From sequence record PQ493298: a stretch of 64,000 bases of DNA; one strand, written 5' to 3'. Shown here piece by piece: positions 57,391 through 64,000 of this stretch. A program made the translations under genes and the position numbers. Source of the stretch: Escherichia phage EPIMAM01. Numbering within the stretch: position 1 is the first letter of the stretch; the number at the start of each line of letters is the position of its first letter. The notes under the pieces were generated by a model that worked only from the letters and a program-made list of their open reading frames with translations, ran no database searches and had not been told where the DNA came from.

Positions 57391-60375
57391 ATGGCTACTT
57401 TAAAACAAATACAATTTAAAAGAAGCAAAACTGCAGGTCAACGTCCTGCTGCTTCAGTATTAGCCGAAGGTGAATTGGCTATTAATTTAAAAGATAAAAC
57501 AATTTTCACAAAAGATGACTCAGGCAGTGTTATAGAATTAGGTTTAAAATATGGAGGAACAATTGATGGTTCTTTAACTGTTAATGGAAGTATAATTGGA
57601 AATTTAACAGGTAACGCTGCAACTGCAACGAAATTGCAAACACCTAGGAAAATTAATGGTATATCTTTTGATGGGTCAAAGGACATTACCTTAACTCCAT
57701 CTGACATAAATGTCAATAGCACAACGTTTATAAAAAATAACGGCGAATTACCGGTTGATGCTAATTTAGATGAGTATGGGCCTGTTGAAGAATATCTTGG
57801 AGTTTGGTCGAAAGAAACTTCAACCAACGCTCAACCAGCAAATAAATTTCCAGAAGAAAATGCTGTAGGTGTGCTAGAAGTATTTGTGGCCGGTCAATTT
57901 GCTGGTACTCAGAGATATACAACCAGATACGGAAATGTTTATATTCGTTCCTTGACTGCTACATGGAACGGAGTAAATGGTCCGTGGAGTGTGTGGCGAA
58001 ATATTCAATCCGGTACTCGTCCACTGTCAACAACAATTGATCTTAATGATCTAGGAGGTGCTGAACACTTTGGCTTGTGGAGGAATAGTTCAAATTCCAT
58101 TGCTACCTTTGACAGAAATTTCCCAGAAGAGGGGTCGTCCGCTCAAGGTCTTTTGGAAGTATATGAAGGTGGAAACTATTCTCGTACGCAAAGATATACA
58201 ACCAGATTTGGTGTTGTTTATACTCGCTGTCTTACTGCTGCGTGGAATGCTTCTGCGCCTAAATGGGGACCGTGGCAACAAGTCGGTAATGTCACACCGG
58301 CGACTTTCTATGACGGAGACCTGAATGATTTTAAAACTCCTGGGTTATATAATATTTTAGGTACTGATGCCGTTATTAACTGTCCTACAGGTGAAGGTTT
58401 ACCAGCCGTTATTGTTGGTTTGCTGGAAGTTAAACAGCGTGCTTCTGGTGGTGCTATTTTCCAAAAATTTACTACTGCCGGAACAGGTACAACTACTCGC
58501 GGACGTATTTTTGAGCGTGCATACACTAATGGTGTTTGGGGTACATGGAACGAAGTATATACATCTTATTCTCTGCCAATTACTTTGGGTATGGGTGGTA
58601 TTAAAGCTCAATTAGCGGAGTTAGATTGGCAAGCCTTTGATTTTGTCCCTGGTAGTATGTTTAGCGTTCCTTTGAATAAAATAAAGAACATGCCAGCAAA
58701 TATGGATTGGGGGACGATTGATGGAAACTTGGTTATGTTTTCTGTCGGTCCTAGCGAACATACTAGCACAGGGCGTACTGTTCAGGTTTGGCGTGGTACT
58801 GTATCCCAGACAAACTACCGTTATTTTGTCGTTCGTGTATTCGGTAATTCAGGAAATAGAACTTGCACAGTTCGTCGTGTTGTTCTTGAAGATGGTCGCC
58901 ACAAATGGACAGCGCAGCAAGATTTTAATGGCGCAGTTAACTTCGGTGCTCCTACCAATTTTAACTCTACTGTTAACCTTAATAACACTACCACTTTTAA
59001 AACAGAAGTTAAATTCCGCTCATTGAATGCATTTAAAATGTACGGCGGTAAGTTTGGCGCAATTTTCCGTAATGATGGAGAGAGTCTTTATATTCTTTCC
59101 ACCGACGAAGATGATCAAGATGGAAACTTTAATACAAATAGACCTTTCCGTTATGAATTGAGAACTGGTGATGTTACTTTAGGTGGTACTAGTGGTGCTA
59201 ACGTTTTAAAATTAAAACGTGATTCTCTCACCGCATTTTTTGGTGGTGATATTAATATAAAAGGCTTGATGACTTTTGACGCTGGACGTTTAGGATCACG
59301 AGATTATTTTAAATTTAACCATTGGGGTGATAGTAATAATGCGCGTGATAACATTATTCAGTTAGAAGACAGCAAAGGAGTTCATTTTTCTACTGAACGT
59401 ACTTTAGCGACTGGTGCAATTAAAACTAAATTCTTTGGTGAAGTTGAATCCGATGGTAGATTGATTATTAAACGTCCGGGTGATTCTATTGTATTATCAG
59501 CACCTGCTAGTAATTCTTTGCATATTCGTGGTGACGTAGACGGGACTAATAACTGGTATATTGGTAAGGGTGGTGATGATAATGGATTAGCGTTCTATAG
59601 TTATGCTACTAATGCTGGTGTATACATTACAAACGCAGGAGATATCACGCTAAGTCCAAAAGGCGTCGAAATGGCTCATGTTAATAACGTTCGATTATAT
59701 GTTCATGGTGAACGTTGGACCGCTAGTCAACCAGGTGATTGGGGCAACCAATGGCGAGTAGAAGCGCCAATATTCGTCGATCATGGTTATGTTGGACCAG
59801 ATAGTTATTATCCAATTATTAAAGGAAGAAGTGTAGTCACCAATCAAGGGTTTGTAACTGCCGTCGATCTTGGTATTCGTCGTATCCCTAATAATTGGGG
59901 ACAAGCAATTATTCGTGTTGGATCTGCGGAGGCTTCTCCTGATGCTGGTCATCCTAACGCGATATTCGAGTTCCACTATGATGGGTTCTTTTATGCACCA
60001 GGAAATGGAAGTTTTAATGATGTGTATATTCGTTCCGATGGTCGTCTTAAGATTAATAAAAAAGAGCTAGAAAACGGAGCGGTTGAAAAAGTTTGCCGAC
60101 TGAAAGTTTATACTTACGATAAAGTTAAGTCTATTAAAGACCGTAGTGTTATTAAACATGAAGTTGGTATTATTGCGCAGGATCTTGAAAAGGAATTGCC
60201 AGAAGCTGTATCTAAAGTTGAAGTTGATGGATCTGATGTTCTGACAATTTCTAACTCTGCTGTGAATGCTCTTTTAATTAAGGCCATTCAGGAAATGAGC
60301 GAAGAAATTAAAGAATTGAAAACACCTTTCTTCACTAAAATTGCTCGTAAAATTAGCAATTATTTTAAATTCTAA
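57391..60375 (+). CDS. 37: long tail fibre distal subunit gp37 with C-terminal intramolecular chaperone domain
   Basis: 994 aa; synteny; C-terminal ~113 aa begin SDGRLKINK and contain [15 protein letters not shown] and [17 protein letters not shown]. Confidence 0.92.
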   Translation: MATLKQIQFKRSKTAGQRPAASVLAEGELAINLKDKTIFTKDDSGSVIELGLKYGGTIDGSLTVNGSIIGNLTGNAATATKLQTPRKINGISFDGSKDITLTPSDINVNSTTFIKNNGELPVDANLDEYGPVEEYLGVWSKETSTNAQPANKFPEENAVGVLEVFVAGQFAGTQRYTTRYGNVYIRSLTATWNGVNGPWSVWRNIQSGTRPLSTTIDLNDLGGAEHFGLWRNSSNSIATFDRNFPEEGSSAQGLLEVYEGGNYSRTQRYTTRFGVVYTRCLTAAWNASAPKWGPWQQVGNVTPATFYDGDLNDFKTPGLYNILGTDAVINCPTGEGLPAVIVGLLEVKQRASGGAIFQKFTTAGTGTTTRGRIFERAYTNGVWGTWNEVYTSYSLPITLGMGGIKAQLAELDWQAFDFVPGSMFSVPLNKIKNMPANMDWGTIDGNLVMFSVGPSEHTSTGRTVQVWRGTVSQTNYRYFVVRVFGNSGNRTCTVRRVVLEDGRHKWTAQQDFNGAVNFGAPTNFNSTVNLNNTTTFKTEVKFRSLNAFKMYGGKFGAIFRNDGESLYILSTDEDDQDGNFNTNRPFRYELRTGDVTLGGTSGANVLKLKRDSLTAFFGGDINIKGLMTFDAGRLGSRDYFKFNHWGDSNNARDNIIQLEDSKGVHFSTERTLATGAIKTKFFGEVESDGRLIIKRPGDSIVLSAPASNSLHIRGDVDGTNNWYIGKGGDDNGLAFYSYATNAGVYITNAGDITLSPKGVEMAHVNNVRLYVHGERWTASQPGDWGNQWRVEAPIFVDHGYVGPDSYYPIIKGRSVVTNQGFVTAVDLGIRRIPNNWGQAIIRVGSAEASPDAGHPNAIFEFHYDGFFYAPGNGSFNDVYIRSDGRLKINKKELENGAVEKVCRLKVYTYDKVKSIKDRSVIKHEVGIIAQDLEKELPEAVSKVEVDGSDVLTISNSAVNALLIKAIQEMSEEIKELKTPFFTKIARKISNYFKF
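60034..60372 (+). other. predicted auto-cleaving intramolecular chaperone (peptidase S74-like) domain of gp37
   Basis: Motifs [14 protein letters not shown] and LLIKAIQE read in translation. Confidence 0.7.
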
Positions 60376-60381
60376 CAACAA

Positions 60382-60394
60382 GGGGCTTTGCCCC
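60382..60394 (+). terminator. stem-loop GGGGC-TTTG-CCCC between genes 37 and 38
   Basis: Inverted repeat directly after gene 37 stop. Confidence 0.45.
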
Positions 60395-60407
60395 TTTGGA
60401 GAAAATT

Positions 60408-61335
60408 ATGGCAGTAGTTGGTGTTCCTGGTTGGATTGGAAGTTCATCCGTAAATGAAACAGGACAACGATGGATGAGTCAAGCGGCTGGTCAATTAAGA
60501 TTGGGTGTTCCTTGCTGGATGAGTCAATTTGCAGGTCGCTCAAGAGAAATTATTCACACACTTGGAGCAGACCATAACTTCAATGGTCAATGGTTCCGAG
60601 ATAGATGTTTTGAGGCAGGTAGTGCACCTATAGTGTTTAATATCACCGGAAATTTGGTATCATATTCTAGAGATGTTCCTTTATTCTTCATGTATGGAGA
60701 TACACCAAATGAATATGTTCAGTTGAATATTAGCGGTGGAGCTCATATGTGGGGCAGAGGTGGACAAGGTGGATGGACTCATTCTGGTGGGGATGGTAAT
60801 GGTCAACAGGGTGGGCATTGTATTCAAAATGACATTGGTGGTCGATTAAGAATTAATAATGGTGGAGTAATTTGTGGCGGTGGCGGCGGTGGCGGCGGTA
60901 TCGCTTCTCGTCCTCACTCTGGTGCAAACTGGAAAGATATTGGTGGCGGTGGAGGAAGACCATTTGGCCCAGGAGGTGGCGGTGGTTATTCAGGAGGCGC
61001 TGCTTCTTGGCGGCGGTGGCGGCGGTATCGCTTCTCGTCCTCACTCTGGTGCAAACTGGAAAGATATTGGTGGCGGTGGAGGAAGACCATTTGGCCCAGG
61101 AGGTGGCGGTGGTTATTCAGGAGGCGCTGCTTCTTACGATGGCCCAGGAGGTGGTTATAATTATGGTAATGCTCACTCCGGTCAGGGTGGTGATGCTGGT
61201 GCAAATGGACAAAATGCCTGGTATGATGGCGGTAAAGTACTAAAAGTCGGCGCTGGCGGCGCTGCTGGTTATGCCGTCATAGGATCAGCACCAACATGGC
61301 AAAATGTTGGAATAATATATGGTCCAAGAGTATAA
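60408..61335 (+). pseudogene. 38: T2-type gp38 receptor-binding adhesin, frame broken by 127-bp tandem duplication
   Basis: ATG at 60408 ([11 protein letters not shown]...) with GGAG SD; glycine-rich motifs; upstream frame stops at 61160, C-terminal part continues in +1 frame to 61335. Confidence 0.8.
60882..61135 (+). repeat. perfect direct tandem duplication, 2 x 127 bp
   Basis: Copy 1 60882-61008 and copy 2 61009-61135 identical at every position on manual comparison. Confidence 0.9.
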
Positions 61336-61366
61336 TTTTGAATAAATATCCTTAAAAGGAGGGTCT

Positions 61367-62023
61367 ATGGCAGCACCTAGAATATCATTTTCGCCCTCTG
61401 ATATTCTGTTTGGTGTTCTAGATCGCTTGTTCAAAGATAACGCTACCGGGAAAGTTCTTGCTTCCCGGGTAGCTGTCGTAATTCTTTTGTTTATAATGGC
61501 GATTGTTTGGTATAGGGGAGATAGTTTCTTTGAGTACTATAAGCAATCAAAGTATGAAACATACAGCGAAATTATTGAAAAGGAAAGAAATGCACGCTTT
61601 GAATCTGTCGCCCTGGAACAACTCCAGATAGTTCATATATCATCTGAGGCAGACTTTAGTGCGGTGTATTCTTTCCGCCCTAAAAACTTAAACTATTTTG
61701 TTGATATTATAGCATACGAAGGAAAACTACCTTCAACAATAAGTGAAAAATCACTTGGAGGATATCCTGTTGATAAAACTATGGATGAATATGCAGTTCA
61801 TTTAAATGGACGTCATTATTATTCAAACTCAAAATTTGCTTTTTTACCAACTAAAAAGCCTACTCCCGAAATAAATTACATGTACAGTTGTCCATATTTT
61901 AATTTGGATAATATCTATGCTGGAACAATAACCATGTACTGGTATAGAAATGATCATATAAGTAATGACCGCCTTGAATCAATATGTGCTCAGGCGGCCA
62001 GAATATTAGGAAGGGCTAAATAA
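61367..62023 (+). CDS. t: holin T
   Basis: 218 aa, one N-terminal transmembrane segment and large C-terminal domain; same length as T4 T. Confidence 0.92.
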   Translation: MAAPRISFSPSDILFGVLDRLFKDNATGKVLASRVAVVILLFIMAIVWYRGDSFFEYYKQSKYETYSEIIEKERNARFESVALEQLQIVHISSEADFSAVYSFRPKNLNYFVDIIAYEGKLPSTISEKSLGGYPVDKTMDEYAVHLNGRHYYSNSKFAFLPTKKPTPEINYMYSCPYFNLDNIYAGTITMYWYRNDHISNDRLESICAQAARILGRAK

Positions 62024-62296
62024 TTATTTGTTCGTATACATCTCTAGATATCGATATACACCCTCAAAACCCTCGTTGAATTCGTCGATGAGGGTTTTCT
62101 TATCTTCTTGAGTTAATTCAGAAACAATTTTACGGAATGAATTCTGATTTAACTTTCTACCTTCATGCGTTACTCCAATCTCATTCAGAAATGCAATAAA
62201 ATTAGCGCGATTCTCAACAATATCTTCTCTGGAAAATTTAATCAAAATAGACGCAACAGTAATAATTTCACGAACTGTATCAATATTTTTATTCAT
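62024..62296 (-). CDS. asiA: anti-sigma70 factor AsiA
   Basis: 90 aa; matches remembered T4 AsiA; convergent with t. Confidence 0.92.
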   Translation of the reverse strand: MNKNIDTVREIITVASILIKFSREDIVENRANFIAFLNEIGVTHEGRKLNQNSFRKIVSELTQEDKKTLIDEFNEGFEGVYRYLEMYTNK

Positions 62297-62308
62297 TAAC
62301 TATACCAC

Positions 62309-62461
62309 TCAATTAGTTGACTTTGTTATAATATCATCAGACGCTTGATTTGTAAACTGGTCTGTGGTATTTTCTTCAAAAATTTTTTCTACGAATTCCT
62401 TGAACGACTTACGTTCCTGAGCTACATTATGCTCGATTACTTTTTCAAGATTATGACTCAT
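62309..62461 (-). CDS. small acidic protein, not in ORF track
   Basis: Hand-translated 50 aa ORF (MSHNLEKVIEHN...); ATGA overlap with arn-like stop. Confidence 0.4.
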   Translation of the reverse strand: MSHNLEKVIEHNVAQERKSFKEFVEKIFEENTTDQFTNQASDDIITKSTN

Positions 62462-62736
62462 TCGAAATAATCTTCAATTTCATAATCAAGGACATAAATC
62501 ATTATAGTTTTTAATACATCATCAATACTTTTTCCTGGAGCTGGAATTACGTAAAAATATCCCGCCTTTGAGTTATCTTTATAAGTTCCAATCAAGAAAT
62601 CATTATTCCCAAGATGTAGTTCTTCAACTAATTCATTAACAATTGAGTGGTATAAATTTGGTAGAAACTTGTATAGCTTTTCTAGAATATCAATTTTGAT
62701 TGTGTATTGAACCACAGATTGAGAATCAATAATCAT
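62458..62736 (-). CDS. arn: Arn-like anti-restriction protein (by length and position)
   Basis: 92 aa acidic protein upstream of asiA, as in T4 order t-asiA-arn. Confidence 0.65.
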   Translation of the reverse strand: MIIDSQSVVQYTIKIDILEKLYKFLPNLYHSIVNELVEELHLGNNDFLIGTYKDNSKAGYFYVIPAPGKSIDDVLKTIMIYVLDYEIEDYFE

Positions 62737-62813
62737 AGACCTTCCCCTTATGTTTCTGTTTGCGATTAGATTCTTTAAACGCTTTCTTCTTATCCTTATG
62801 GACAGAAGCTTTA

Positions 62814-63038
62814 TTAAAATTGTGTTTTGCGACTAAATTGTTCATAGTGCTGAATTACCTCTCTCAAACACTTGCATGTGAATGAAAACTTTTTAGCTAC
62901 ACCACATTCAAATATATGTTCTCTTAAATCACGTGTGTCAGTATATCCCATCTCAACAATAAAATGTCTTATTAGATTTTTATCTTTATCATTGAGAGAA
63001 TTAAAATAATCGGATTTTGAATTAATTTCCCTGGCCAA
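62814..63038 (-). CDS. hypothetical protein
   Basis: 74 aa ORF. Confidence 0.45.
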   Translation of the reverse strand: MAREINSKSDYFNSLNDKDKNLIRHFIVEMGYTDTRDLREHIFECGVAKKFSFTCKCLREVIQHYEQFSRKTQF

Positions 63039-63318
63039 ATTGAATAACCTTTAGTTGACGTTTTAGTTCTTTTATCATTTCTTCGTTCATCGCAATATAA
63101 AGATCGCGTAAAGTAGGTTTTAGCATTCCATTTACTGGAGAACTAAATGGACATACATAATCTTTTCCTACGAGCTTTTTGGTGAATTCCATATCACAGA
63201 ACTGAAATGCCGGTTCATTGGCATAAATTCCCCAATTAGATGACATCATTTTATTGGCATATTCCAACGCCTGGATTTGATTCTTAATTCCATCAATTTG
63301 AAACTTTTTAATATTCAT
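63022..63318 (-). CDS. hypothetical protein
   Basis: 98 aa ORF. Confidence 0.5.
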   Translation of the reverse strand: MNIKKFQIDGIKNQIQALEYANKMMSSNWGIYANEPAFQFCDMEFTKKLVGKDYVCPFSSPVNGMLKPTLRDLYIAMNEEMIKELKRQLKVIQFGQGN

Positions 63319-63779
63319 TAGTAAAGGTCCTCAGAGTAAAGTTCTTTTTCACTACCACCGCGTTCAATACGTACTTGTCCGGCGTAAGTTGCAATAATCA
63401 TTGCTTCTTCACGTGTCCAGTAATTGCTATACTGATCAATAAACCCTTGGTCATCATCACAAACTTGCTGAGTAACTAATTGAGGTTTAACTACATCTAA
63501 AACTTCTGCCATATCTTTAGAATAATGACGAGCACCTGGAATAACAAGAGTTCGTCCATCTTTTAATTTAAAACGGTTGGCGGCACAAACAATTCGTCGT
63601 TGATACTTTTGGTTTTCATCCCAGTATGCGGTCTGCCAACAGATTTCAGGAACTTCTTTCAGAATATCTTCTTCTGTGCATTTATAACCATGTGCTTTAA
63701 ATTTTTCAACAAGACTTTCTGGAGTTTCACGAGATAAAGGAACATTCAGCATTTTTAAACGATTAATAAATGGGTTCAT
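63318..63779 (-). CDS. hypothetical protein
   Basis: 153 aa ORF, ATGA-coupled to downstream ORF. Confidence 0.55.
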   Translation of the reverse strand: MNPFINRLKMLNVPLSRETPESLVEKFKAHGYKCTEEDILKEVPEICWQTAYWDENQKYQRRIVCAANRFKLKDGRTLVIPGARHYSKDMAEVLDVVKPQLVTQQVCDDDQGFIDQYSNYWTREEAMIIATYAGQVRIERGGSEKELYSEDLY

Positions 63780-63982
63780 TTAAACCATCCTTTAATACGC
63801 TGCCACAAAGTTTTCTGTTGAGCTTTGTTAACACCAATTGAGCGAATAACTGGTTGAGATTCCTGGAATTCTTTATAATCAGCAAGGTAAATTTCGTAAG
63901 CTGCATCCGTAAATGAACTTATCGCCGCCATAAAATTATTGCGAATACCTACTGGTGCATCTTTACTTTCACGAATAATCAT
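63776..63982 (-). CDS. hypothetical protein
   Basis: 68 aa ORF near window edge. Confidence 0.45.
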   Translation of the reverse strand: MIIRESKDAPVGIRNNFMAAISSFTDAAYEIYLADYKEFQESQPVIRSIGVNKAQQKTLWQRIKGWFK

Positions 63983-64000
63983 GTATTTACCAGTCTTAAT

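Noticed and set aside
60882-61135. Possible CRISPR-like array
   Set aside because: Only two directly abutting copies with no spacers, inside a coding region; a tandem duplication.
60853-61243. Extra ORFs in other frames and on the minus strand across the gp38 glycine-rich region (60872-61243 plus, 60853-61044 minus, 60986-61204 minus)
   Set aside because: Arg/Trp-rich or His-rich translations of GGC/GGT repeats read out of frame; artefacts of the low-complexity DNA and the duplication, not genes.

Overview
This window is a contiguous segment of a T4-like (Tevenvirinae) myovirus genome, close to T4 but not T4 itself. Identification rests on reading the translated ORFs against remembered T4 proteins; no database search was run. 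Plus-strand late genes: 3' end of terminase gene 17, then 18, 19, 20, 67, 68, 21, 22, 23, 24. After a minus-strand block (rnlB, hoc, inh) come uvsW and, on the minus strand, uvsY, 25 and 26, then plus-strand baseplate genes 51, 27, 28, 29, 48, 54. A long minus-strand early/middle region follows: two tandem Alt-like ADP-ribosyltransferases, DNA ligase 30, the 30.x cluster, rIII, 31, cd, pseT, a spanin pair, alc, rnlA, denA, nrdB, nrdA, td, frd, 32, 59, 33, dsbA, rnh. The window ends with the long-tail-fibre module 34-35-36-37-38, holin t, asiA and arn. The most notable observation is a perfect 127-bp tandem duplication inside the glycine-rich region of the T2-type gp38 adhesin gene, which frameshifts it into two ORF fragments. 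Other points: gp37 carries a C-terminal intramolecular-chaperone domain; Hoc has an extra Ig-like domain; td and nrdB are intronless and several gene junctions are too tight to hold homing-endonuclease genes; 30.3 looks like a NADAR/YbiA-family protein; a small ORF is wedged between frd and td. No tRNA, CRISPR array or transposon was seen.
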